Shown piece after piece: positions 24,901-35,901 of a stretch of 64,000 nt of DNA. Under the pieces are notes generated by a model. The model saw only the letters and a program-made list of their open reading frames with translations. It was not told the origin of the DNA and did no database searches. The stretch comes from Lenisia limosa. Lineage: Eukaryota > Protista > Breviatea. The number at the start of each line of letters is the position of its first letter. Position 1 is the stretch's first letter. The stretch lies in assembly GCA_001655205.1 (NCBI GenBank), contig LPNZ01010005.1, positions 2,652-66,651 on the forward strand, in the 5' to 3' direction. A program made the position numbers and the translations under genes.

Positions 24901-26125
24901 ATCTTGTGGTGTCAGGATGGCTTTGCTTGTGTTTTATTCCGGCAGTCCTACAAGCCCGGGGAGAACCCGATGCAAGCGCCTTCTGCCGTTCAGAAGCTGA
25001 TGTACTACCAGGTTGGCCCCCGTTGTCACATCCCTCTTCCCCTTTAATGACATGGGACTGAATGTTGTTTCTCCTCTGACAACCCAGGCCGGCCACCACT
25101 TCCTCCGCGGAGAGTTCCAGGTGGACGGACAGGCCCTTCACGCCCTCGCCGCCGTCCATCACAAGCTCACCACCCGCAACCCTCCCCAGGTTAGTCCTTC
25201 CCTTATTGCTTCAGGACTACAACATGTTGTCTACGTATTTTCTAACCCATTAAATGTTAAGCCAGCAAGTTTATTTATTTTGATTACTTCCTTTTTTGGG
25301 GGGTTGTTATATTTCACAAGTTCCCATGTTACCCCCTCCCCCCACCGACTGGCGGTCTGGGCTTTGTTTGTTTTGTNNNNNNNNNNNNNNNNNNNNNNNN
25401 NNNNNNNNNNNNNNNNNNNNNNNNNNNNNNNNNNNNNNNNNNNNNNNNNNNNNNNNNNNNNNNNNNNNNNNNNNNNNNNNNNNNNNNNNNNNNNNNNNNN
25501 NNNNNNNNNNNGTCTATCCTGAGGTGAGGCAAAACGGTGTTTATCAGGCCAAAGCCTTGATGATTGGAAGGAACTGACCTCTCAGGGCGTCGCTCGTGGA
25601 GGCAACTGGGCAACCGTCTTCGCTGAGGCCTGGGAGAAGCTGTGTAGTGATCCTGCCGCCACAGTGACCAGCCTCAGACAGACGTTCCTGAAACTGTGCA
25701 TGAGCCTGCCTCTGTGGGGCGCAGGCTTCTTCTACGTCAACAACACAGTGGTGCCAAGCCTTCCGGAGACCGTCCTTATCACCGTCTTCAGCCAAGGCCT
25801 CATCGTGGGTTGATATTATGCTTGCTTCCAAATAGTCCGAAGAGACTGTCTTGTAGCCACCCCCCTGACGGCTTAGTTCTCGAACGCCTTCAGCATGAAG
25901 CGCTGCGCCATGTTCAGCTACGGTGACCTTGTCAGCACCTCCCCTTCGCCCACCTCCATCGCACTCACGTTCGGCAACTTGATGAACAAAACTCAAGTAC
26001 GGGCTACTCATTTTCGCTGCCATTTTCCTCCATTCTTTGAGCAATCCTTGACGTCGCAGGTACTCTTTGAGACAAGTGAGTCAAAGGAGATTATCGCTTC
26101 CGTCCACCGTTACGCTAAAAAGTAG
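12989..26125 (+). CDS. Unconventional MyTH4-FERM myosin of myosin VII-type architecture: motor, IQ motifs, SAH/coiled coil, MyTH4-FERM, SH3, MyTH4-FERM
   Basis: Motor motifs: [78 protein letters not shown]. Several IQxxxR motifs at 18.1-19.0 kb and an E/R/K-rich helix at 19.1-19.7 kb. SH3: LSFKRGDII...GWYRG...GWFP. Two MyTH4 (RDEIFCQ) and FERM blocks. Stop TAG at 26123-26125. Parts are hidden in N gaps. Confidence 0.93.
15733..15783 (-). tRNA. tRNA-Pro(AGG): tRNA-Pro(AGG); only the 3' ~51 nt are visible, the 5' end is in an N gap
   Basis: Minus strand reads gatt-ctcgc-ttAGGgt-gcgag-aggtc-ccggg-atcgatc-cccgg-atgaccc-c, followed by a T8 Pol III terminator. Anticodon and T arms pair perfectly and the discriminator is C73. 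Confidence 0.88.
15794..16920. other. Unidentified ~1.1 kb insertion in the 1.38 kb myosin intron (15597-16977); possibly a non-autonomous mobile element
   Basis: C-rich core with broken ORFs, a ~97 bp direct repeat and smaller duplications (gcgatttcgcct x2; cagaagagatcacc x2). Weak inverted similarity near the ends (ttttggtacctata vs tataggttcgaaaa). Confidence 0.45.
16238..16565. repeat. Dispersed direct repeat pair of ~97 bp (16238-16335 and 16470-16565)
   Basis: Both copies contain cacctattcgatttacaacaattga(g/a)taccatccc...taggtgaaacccgtaaaacggtttgcact...agtgcccagat. Confidence 0.92.
19874..19970. mobile_element. 97-bp palindromic MITE-like element in a myosin intron
   Basis: Left end agggcttccctacggtcccaaaaaaagacc vs revcomp of the right end agggcttccatacgatccgaaaaagacc. 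A related copy lies at 63096-63193. Confidence 0.75.
20254..20327 (+). repeat. 37-bp tandem duplication spanning a 3' splice site of the myosin gene
   Basis: atctcacctccccag-gctgct(a/g)tgctgccgcctcctc x2, one mismatch. Confidence 0.9.
22583..22656. repeat. Intronic ~40-bp tandem duplication
   Basis: gctttgatcaatattttgt(g/a)tagacgtgatggtg x2. Confidence 0.9.
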
Positions 26126-26636
26126 ATTAGTATTTATTGTTTATGTCTGAAGTGTGTAGTGGATCAATTCATATAGCTAGTCAAAAAGGAAGTCCCCCCC
26201 CCCCNNNNNNNNNNNNNNNNNNNNNNNNNNNNNNNNNNNNNNNNNNNNNNNNNNNNNNNNNNNNNNNNNNNNNNNNNNNNNNNNNNNNNNNNNNNNNNNN
26301 NNNNNNNNNNNNNNAGAATCACCGAAGAGAGGCGGACCATGGAGGGTAGAACTATTCAACCATGCTAGGAAAAAATGCACTAGAAATTTACCAGAAATGA
26401 AGAAAAAAACCAAAATTCAAAATTTCTCCATCCAACTACACTGTTCGCCACCATGGGGTGTGTGGTCTTGCTTATACTACCCATGTTCGCCCCTTTACTC
26501 CCATACATATACATACCCCACCACCTCCAAACCCAATCATTTGCAGCAACAAAACACAAACTGTTGTAGTTGTGGGAGGGGGTTCTTCGTTCTTCCAGTC
26601 TCTTTATTATTTTTTGTCTCAACCGAATAGACAGTT

Positions 26637-29255
26637 ATGTTGAATCCAACGGAAAGGGATGCGGAGAGTGATGCAGAGGGTCTAGCAGTTTCCCTTGCCG
26701 TTGCCGCCCAACAAGGCGTTGTAGGTGGTTTGAGAGAGCGCTGTTCTTTGAATCATCATGTTATCATTAATTCCATATAAATCCATACAATGGAATGTTA
26801 ATTATTGTAGTCGACATATGAGGCTGCCTCCAGAGCAAACTCATGGTGGAAGACCAGGCAGAAGTTTCATGGTCAGGGGGGGGGGGGATCATTTTCANNN
26901 NNNNNNNNNNNNNNNNNNNNNNNNNNNNNNNNNNNNNNNNNNNNNNNNNNNNNNNNNNNNTGATATGATACCTCATCCACTCGTGTGATAATTGACCCTG
27001 CTGATAAATTGTTCATCATTTCGACTCAAAAGTCGGTCATAACGGCTTTAGCATTAAAGTCCTCAATTAACGACTTTACCCCCAGTCCCTTAATCAAAGG
27101 ACTGCACCACATCACCCGGTCTCCAAAAGCAAAAGAGTATGTGATTGATCATTGTTTGTTTCCCTAAAATCATGGAGAAAAAAGGTTGTGAAAAGATTAA
27201 GTACACCTTCAGACTTTGGATATTTATAATTATTGTGAGATTAATTCATATCCAGTCATATATCAAATTACTTCGGATGAACCCTCGCGTTACCTTCTTT
27301 CATCATGTCAAGACTAAGAGCAATTATTTTACTCATTTTCAAACCGACAATATCAGAAAAATAAATGAAAGCAAAACGTTAATGCTGCAGTCTAATGGAG
27401 CCGATTGCCAGTGTGACATGGGCATCTTTCGCAGTTCTGGTTCGAATATCGTCCACACAAGACGTTATCACTTCACTGGTTGGCCAGATGACGCACTTAT
27501 TGTCCAGCCCTTCACCCCGCACTGCACACATGAACACTCTTCAGTCCTCCACGACCTGTGCTGCTATGTACTGACAGAAGCAAAACCGGCGGTGTCTACG
27601 GTTTGGGGGGGTATTCAACAAAGTTGTAGGTCCCTTCTGCGTGGTTACATTTTAGAAACATCAGGGTTGGTTTGACCTGGACTGCCAAAGTATCCGTCGA
27701 AGCTTTGGCTGTGAACCAAAAGCTGTTTCACCCTTGCTCCGAGTGGCCCATCATGGATCTGTTGGTCTAACTGGGTTGTTGTCACCTCACAGATGCATAA
27801 CGAACTCCTGCCGAAACGGCCGAGAAAATCGCAGCCTTCCGAGGCACCAAGCTCACAATCCTCAGTAGCCGTGTATGTAGTGGGATTGATAATGTGTCAC
27901 ATATCCTTTCCATCTCATCGTATAGTTCCGTTGCTGAGGAATCTGATGAGAAGCTACCCGAAATACCTGAAGGGACAAGAAGAACGGTTACCGACTTACT
28001 CAAAGACATCGAGTATGACTTCTTGTCTCAGGGTTGTGTTTACTTCTTAGGTCTGACTTTGCCAAAAAAGAGTCTTATTCAAACCTTGTCTCCCATTTTC
28101 CTCTCGCTCTTCCACTGGTGAGATATTGTGGCATGTCTCCGAGCAGGACAGTGTTTATTTTTTTCAGGTGCAGTCCCTTCCCGATTCGGCGTATGCAGCA
28201 CTCAAGACGGCGATCATCTCCGCCAAAATGAAATCGTCAGAACTCTCAGAAGTTCTCTCACACATCTTCTTTGAAAGGGTGGGCAGGTCGTCGATTGCTC
28301 ACGTGCAGATGAAAAGCAGTGACACGTTGCCTCGCGATATGGCCGAATGTTTGATTGCGTTCTGTAATGTTTATCCGTCTCTGGTTGTGAGGTCCGTTTT
28401 AGCTCCTCTCGTCAAGGTGTCCTCCCATAAAATTGTTGTGAGTGGAATATGTGACAACATTATTTCTCATTTGACAGGGCACAACAGTGTCAAAGACAAT
28501 GGCAGTGTTACCCGGACCCTCAGCTGCATCTTTAGTGGATGCGGCTCTATCTGTAAAAGTGGGAGGGTTCTTGAAGCCTTGTTAGATGATGGATATTTGA
28601 TAGTTATGGTCGAAGTCAGTGTATGTGATAGTCTTGGTCGAAGTCAGTTTATTAAGTATAAACCACACAGGTCACATTTTGCTACGTTTCTTTATGGTTC
28701 GACCGATCCAGATTTTAGTTTTATTCTCACTATGCCCCTTCCAACCCTCATCTATCAATTCCCACTATGCCCCTTCCAACCCTCATCTATCAATTCCCCA
28801 AATTAATATGATATTTGTCAGTCTTGATTCATACTCAATGCAAGAATCATTTGTTCATGTTTTACTCCTGTAGCTTACCCCTTGTATTGTTGTCATTTTG
28901 TCAACAGCAATTAAACAAAAGGTTTGGTTGGGTTTGACATACATATTGTCTTGGTCGTATTTCATCATAAGGTAATAAATACTCCAGGTTCCGAAGCAAG
29001 CCTTTGCCTCAGTTGGTGCATGCTTAATCAAAGTTGAAAAAGAGGCGAAGTATGGGAATTTGTTATTTCACGCATTAGATCCACAATTCCATTTGCCCAA
29101 CTTGTGATCTCGTTATGTAAGTACTGTCCTGAACATCTTCTCAGTTATCAGGTTCGCTATTTGTTCTGCTTACTGTTTAGGATGGGCTTTTGGAGTTATC
29201 TAGCTCTTGTAAGATGTCCAAAGCAGTTCTCAAATCGGTAAAAGCTCTCAAGTAA
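26637..29255 (+). CDS. FANCE-like protein (Fanconi anemia group E); start uncertain
   Basis: The C-terminal helical exons resemble the FANCE C-domain in order: LPRDMAECLIAFCNVYPSLVVRSVLAPLVK, LTPCIVVILSTAIKQK, STIPFAQLVISL, SCKMSKAVLKSVKALK*. Confidence 0.62.
28728..28797. repeat. Intronic 35-bp perfect tandem duplication
   Basis: cactatgccccttccaaccctcatctatcaattcc x2. Confidence 0.92.
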
Positions 29256-29376
29256 TTATCCTACATGAATGGAATTATTTTTTCATTTAAGCAATCAAGA
29301 AAATGTGAAGCACTTCCAATAAACTTATTAATATACATTATATTTATATATATACCCAAGAAACATCAAAACAACA

Positions 29377-32300
29377 CTAGGGAGCGACCTGAGCCTGAGG
29401 CTCGACGTTCTTCTTGCTCTTCTTGTAGACAACAGCACCGGTGGCGGCGACAGCAAGAATACCGGCAAGTCCAGCAGCGACGAAGGGAAGAGGAGAGGAG
29501 GAAGACTCAGACTCGGAGGGACGCTGTCCACAGACGACCTTCTCGGAGCAGGCAACGGGTGTGCAGTCGGTGGCACATCCGCCGTTGTTATTCTCGCAAG
29601 GGTTGACGTAGGTGAGGGGGCAGCCAGTGCCGGGGGCAACTCCGGGGAGGGTGACGGGGATCTCGCTCAGCTCAGACATGGTGAAGGTTGCCACCTCCTC
29701 AGAACGTCTGCTCTGTCCAACGTACACAATCTGAAATGTGAGCGGAAGTGATAAAAGACATTCAGGGTAAAAAGATAGACACCAGGGTAAAAAGATAGGA
29801 AGTCCAGACCGACCTTGAAGGTCACATCAACGCGGAAGACGAAGGTGGCTCCAACAGGGGTGGGGAACAGGTCATCAGCTTCCTCGCCAACCTGGGGGGG
29901 GGGGGGNNNNNNNNNNNNNNNNNNNNNNNNNNNNNNNNNNNNNNNNNNNNNNNNNNNNNNNNNNNNNNNNNNNNNNNNNNNNNNNNNNNATCAAGACACA
30001 AGCGGAACCAACCGAGATGGTGAAGCCGAACTCAATGTTGTCAGTGGGTCCGGGGAGCTTCAAGTCGTTGAAGTAGCCGTTAGCAAGGGCAATGGCAGTT
30101 GCTCCTGAAAGTGTCAGAAATGGCGTGAATATCAAGAATAATGAATGACAAAAGACAAACCTTGATCGTTAAGGAGAACCTGGGACTGGCCACCAGGGAG
30201 AAGAGTGGTGGTGATGAGAAGAGGCTCAATACGTTGGATGAGAGCGTCGGGAGAGAACACAGTCAAAGTGAAGGTCACATCGTCTCCAGGCTGGTAGAGC
30301 GCAATAACACCATCATCAAGCTCAGCAGAGACGTCAATGGAAAGCTCAAGCTTGTTGCAGAGAGAGTCGTCGGAGATGAGAGTGGAGGTGATGGTGGTGG
30401 CGGCATTGTTGAGAGGGGGACAGTCGAGGCCGACATCACGGCAGACACCGGTGAAGGGAAGAACGTATTGGCCGCCGAAGGAGCAGAGGACGCCAGGGTT
30501 GATGGTCATAGTCCAGTACTGGAGGCATTCGGAGACCTTGTCGTCGGGGCAGCTGGATTTGGCGATGTTCTGCTCAAGGGTGACGATCATCCCGGGAGGT
30601 CCGGTGACGGGTCCGGCCATCTCAAGCTTGAAGGGAGCGTTGGTGCGGGTGAGGTACTCAATGGTGGCGAGACCGGTCAACCAGGTCCAGGACTTCTCAG
30701 TAAGGTAGGCCTAAGTGCGTCAGAACAGCTTGCAAATAATGATAAAATAATTCCAACCTTGGTCTCAATCTCAGAGATTACGGATACTTGGTCGGAAACT
30801 TGGAGAATCTTGGGGAGAACTATAAAGTCAAAAAAACATCGGAGAGAAAATAGAAAACAAAGACATCCCCACCCACTGATAACAAACTTGAGAATGACCT
30901 TGACGCGGCGGTTGACACCATCCCAGAGAGGAACGTTGATGATCATCTCAGCCTTGCCGACGTAGCGGTACACCTGCTCGTCCATGGACATGGTCAGTTG
31001 GCACTCGCCTGGGGGGGGGGGNNNNNNNNNNNNNNNNNNNNNNNNNNNNNNNNNNNNNNNNNNNNNNNNNNNNNNNNNNNNNNNNNNNNNNNNNNNNNNA
31101 TGAAAAATCAAATAACACACGCAAAATAATGGACCAGGCATACTCAGGGCCTTGTTGAGGGGAATGTCCGAGTCATAGCGGTAGACGCAGTTGACATCAT
31201 CAAAAGTCTCGACCCAGTTGGAGGACTGAGGGAAAGTGCAGATAGCGTCGTTGGTGGTGCCTTCAAGACCCATAAGACGGAGAGACTCCACGGAAGAGCC
31301 CTCGACAAGGTTGCGGGTGATGGCGAGTTGGAGGCTTCCCTCGCGAACGTCAGAAGTGTCGAGAAGGAACACACGGGTCACCATTGACTCTTCAGGAGGC
31401 ATGGTGATGAAGTCGCAGATCTCCTGGGGGGGAAGAGGAACTACACTGGTGAGACCTGAACACAAACACAGCACGAGAGAAAGCAATACGCCCCAACCCA
31501 CCGCAGTTTCCACTGGCGCACTTCTCCTTGTCAGTGCAGATAATGCCGCAAGCGCCGCAGTTCTTAGGGTCGGAATCGAAGATCTCGGGATCAACGCATT
31601 TGTTCTCACAGAGCTCAAGACCGGAGGGGCACTCGCAGGTGCCGTAGTGGCAAACCTAAGTCGTCAGATCATAAAGAACAGTAATAAGAAGCAATAGAAA
31701 TTATAAAGCCACAAACCTGAGGAGCGTAGCAGCGGTTGTTGCAGGATCCACAGTTGTAGGGGTCGTTCATGACCTCGACGCATTCGCCGTCACAACGAGC
31801 AAGACCGTACTTGCACTGGCACTGGTAGCCGGTGCAGACCTCAGTGGCTGAGTCACAGCATGAGTCGCCGCAAGAGAACAGGCCAGTGGGACAGGTTTTC
31901 TGGGGAGGAACTGCAAGGATTAGTTAGTGTGGTGAAGACAGAAAGACACAAAGCAACCAGCATACTGCAGAGACCGGAGATGCACTCTTCGTCAGCTTGG
32001 CACTCGTGGCCGCAAGCACCGCAGTTCTTCCTGTCGGAGCTCAGGTGTTCGCAGCCAGTGTAGCAACGGGTGAATCCGGTGCGGCAGAGGCAACGCAGTT
32101 CGTAGTCTTCGAAAATGCACTTCTCATGGGCTTCGCAGCAGTAGTCGCCGCACTTCAGAGTGGAGGTGGGGCAAACCGTTTGGGGAGGGACTAAAAAGTC
32201 AGAATAATCAAAAACAGTTCACAGCAAAAAGACAACTGCTTACCACAGGCGCCAGCAATGCACTGTTCGTCTTGACCGCACTGTTCACCGCAGCGTCCGC

Positions 32301-32610
32301 AGTTCTCAACAGTGTCAAGAGTGACGCATTTTCCTTCGCAGCGAACGTGATGGTCCTCTTTGCAAACTAAAGGTGTCAGGTTACGGTCAAAATGACCAAA
32401 AGGCAAAACAATTCCCAAAGCGGTAGGTTTGGCTTCAGCCCTCCTACCGCACTTGGCGACATAGCCAGATCCGGAACAGAGTTCGGTAGAGCTCTCGCAG
32501 CAGACTTGTCCGCAAATGTCATAGCCTGAAGGGCAGGTGGCGGGAATCCAACTTGGAGTTTGAGCAAACACCAAGGAAAGAAGAATGGCAAAAGCAATGA
32601 AGAACTTCAT
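29377..32610 (-). CDS. Type I surface protein: signal peptide, 4 Stig1-like Cys-rich repeats, a long beta-rich Cys-containing region, an EGF-like module, a TM helix and a short tail
   Basis: Starts MKFFIAFAILLSLVFA. Four D/E-x-x-NCGxCxxxC repeats (TVENCGRCGEQC, DRKNCGACGHEC, DPYNCGSCNNRC, DPKNCGACGIIC). Then NPCENNNGGC and LPFVAAGLAGILAVAATGAVVYKK...*. Confidence 0.8.
29763..29798. repeat. Intronic 20-bp-period duplication
   Basis: cagggtaaaaagatag x2. Confidence 0.85.
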
Positions 32611-33004
32611 CGTTAACGCCGTGGTTATAAGTTGATTGTTTTGAAAGGAATGTAAACGGGAAAGTATGGAAAGGTTTTAATTAAATTAAGAGCACAGGGA
32701 TAAAATCACTAAGATAGTAACACTAAAAGCGAATGAGTTTGAAAACATAAAAAATTTCAGTTATAAGGTGGTGAAACTTACCGCTTTAGGAAATACCCAA
32801 TATAGATTCCTCGATTTAGCAATTTGGTGTAAATTTGAGAAACTTGCCTTATAAGGTAACACACCCTCTTCATCCACCCTGACCCAGCTGAAACATGATA
32901 AAATAAGACTACATGGTAAAATACGCAAGAAACGGAACAAATCTCAACTTGAGAGAAAAATACTCTACCTGAAGGGTCCACCCCAGAAAATTGCTCATAT
33001 AACC

Positions 33005-34221
33005 TTAGAATAGTTGCTTCTTTTCACCGCTCCTGATCTTAGACAACAATTTCTGTCCTTGCGCTAGCAACTGGGCGTCCTAAAGTGTGAAATCAAAAAG
33101 GTTACTCACCATCTTTTTCTCAACATTCACCTTCTTAACCTGAGTCTTCTTAATAACTGTCTTAATCTTCTTATCAGCCTTCTTTTCCTCTGCCTCTGAG
33201 ATACGAGCCTCTTTTTTTTGCTAAAAATGTGAAACACTATTCAGAATCTTACAGATTTCAGAAGCATTGCATTGCTTTGCTTCTCAACATCTCCAGCAAC
33301 AGATGCAATAATATCCATTTGTGACGTAATCTTGAACGTTAATAGCAAGTCGGGTAACAACTTACATTATCTGCAAATTTCTTCTTTCTCCGCTTGACAA
33401 CAGTTACAGTTTTCTAAAGAAATGAGTCAAAGACAACGGCGTACTGTTTTCTTCTTTTTCTTTGCTGCGCTCTCCTCTGCTTGCATTTCAGCCTCAACCG
33501 TCATGAACTTTCCATTTTCCTTCTCTTCCTCAACATTCTCGGCGGTATCTGGCTTTGTCTCATCTTCTTCTTCGCCATCTCCTTCATCATCATTTCCTTC
33601 GTCAGGAGTAATAACTGGAATCTCGAGTCTTAGAATGCCATTTCTAAGATTGGCTTTTGTTTTGGCTTGGTCTAAGGCCTTCACATCAGGGTCATCAATT
33701 TGAACCTGTTATGTTAAACATACTAAACAGGGGAAGAACGAACCATTAAGGGTTTAAAGCCTTCAACCTCCAGGATGACTTGATCGTCAAAAACCTCCAA
33801 ATCCATTTTTTCGGGGTCTGTTAGACCGGGCAACTTGATTTCTCCGTACACAATTGGCCTCTTAGCGCTGACATGGAACTTGGCTTCAGGTACAGTCATT
33901 TGGGCAGCTCTTTTGGCCTCGGTTTTGGCGGGATTCTTTGATGGCATTGGCTTGCCTGCTTTTTGCGCTCTTTTCTTTTCCGCCTGAAGAAGTTTTTTCT
34001 GCATCTTTGTCAGCTTGCCACCGGCTGCAATGGGAGCAGCAGGAGCTTGGATCTCTGCCTTTTTCACCATATCAATCGAGACTTTACTTGTCTTGTTGTT
34101 CTTCACAGTTTTGTTTCTCTAAAAATCATAAAATGAAGACACAACATACATTCTTCCATCTAAATCCCTTCTTCTTTTTCTCTGGTCCACGGGGAACTGC
34201 TGATTCTCCAACAGCTGCCAT
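33005..34221 (-). CDS. Lys/Glu-rich protein with a central CS/HSP20-like beta-sandwich
   Basis: MAAVGESAVPRG..., VYGEIKLPGLTDPEKMDLEVFDDQVILEVEGFKPL...TKANLRNGILRLEIPV, an acidic stretch and a basic helical C-terminus ending SGEKKQLF*. Confidence 0.68.
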
Positions 34222-34742
34222 CTGAATAGTTAAAAAAAAGAGCACGTGGTAGCAGAGATTTGGGGTTGACTTCCAGCAAAAAGGATTATTTTCAAAATGA
34301 AAAGAATATGAAGCGAGAGAAAAACTCGGAAACGAAGAGAGGCATCACCCCTGCACCTTGGAAGACGACGCTGAAAAGTCCTTTTTTAGTTAACGAATAC
34401 CTAACGAATAATACGAGGACAATATGAGGATTCTCTCTAACTATCTAAGCTCTCTGTAATTCTGTAATTGCTCTTAAAACTTAACAACAGACGAGGAGGT
34501 CGGAAGAATTATTATATAGACTGAATTTAAACAATCAATATTAAAATGTTATAAGTATATATATAATTATTTCAAGATATAAGCTTTATAAATATTTTAA
34601 TTTAGCAAAATTATTGTATTAAATAAGCTGTAGACGCGAAATCCATAATTTTTTGCGGCGGCGGGGTGAAGTCCATCTTTGGAATTTTTTTTTAAGAAAA
34701 TCCTTTTTTTTTTGTTTGAGAGCCTGCTTATAGACTGTCAAA

Positions 34743-35684
34743 ATGGCTTCTTTTGCCGAATTATTAGAAACTCAACAATATGGACCCAATCCTCAGTATT
34801 TGATCGCCTTAGAGGCTAGTATTAATGAGCAAGTTGCCGAAAACACATATTCACTGGAAGTTTGCCTCTCTGTTTTGAAAATTTATCAGGTTGGTTTTTG
34901 TGAGTGTGCCATCGCGTCTTCCCGGGGAATTTGTCCTAATTTCATTTCAGTTTTTCCCTGAAAAGCTGGATCTGGGCATTATGGCCAAGATTCTCATCAA
35001 ATCAATGATGAACCTCCCTGAATCCGACTTCCTTCTCTGTTCCTACCTTATCCCGGCAACTCTTGTAAGTTAATTACTCGGTTTTGAGAATTGAATTGAC
35101 CCTATATTAGCAAGAGCACCAAACTTACAAAATCCTGAGTTCTTTGGCTGAATACTTGGAAACTGGACGTTTTAAGAAGTTTTGGGCTGAAGTTGAAGAG
35201 ACTAGGGAGCTTGGTGATCTTATCCCTGGATTCAAGGACTCTTGCCGCAAATGTGGGTATCTTGTTGTGTTTTATGTTGAATTTTACTTCTTTGTAGTTA
35301 TCCTTGGTGTAATTTGGTCCACTTATGCCCGTGTTGAGAAGAGTCGTGTCTCTGAGTTCCTCAATCTCCAAGGAGAGGACCTGGAGAAGTACATTATTGG
35401 TAACAATGCCTCAACAGAAGGTGCAGATGTTCTTTTCCCAGAGAAATCAAGCTGTATGTGAATGTTCTTTGTCATACTTGCCTCTTCCTTGCCTTCTCCT
35501 GTGCTTAAAATATAAACATGTTTAAAAATATAAGTTTACGGATTAGCTGCCACTGCTAAGGCCAGTCGCCATCATGATACCCGTGAAAAGGTTGTTGCAT
35601 GGACTCAGGTACGAGGCTGCGCAATTTGGGTCTTGGTTTTGGAACCGATGAAAATGCTAACTTCTTCAGGTTCAGGGACGCTAA
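34743..35684 (+). CDS. EIF3K: Eukaryotic translation initiation factor 3 subunit K
   Basis: LEASINEQVAENTYSLEVCLSVLKIYQFFP...ILIKSMMNLPESDFLLCSYLI...LAEYLETGRFKKFW...IPGFKDSCRK...STY. Confidence 0.92.
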
Positions 35685-35901
35685 ATTTTGACAAGTTTCT
35701 CTCTTCAAACAGACGGTAAAGACATGCCGCCTCGTAAGCATTTCTTTGATAGCGTTTTCTTCGATGTAATACATTTGTCTATCTTTATCTATTGCAGGGA
35801 GAACTCTTTTTGTTATTGTTGTCCTGTTGTTATATCTAAACATGATAATCCCCTCATTTATGTTTTGGTACATCTGCATTAACATATATCACAGAAACAA
35901 G

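Noticed and set aside
30141-30965. 274-aa plus-strand ORF, and similar antisense ORFs over the myosin
   Set aside because: These are shadow ORFs opposite strongly codon-biased real exons and carry no independent motifs.
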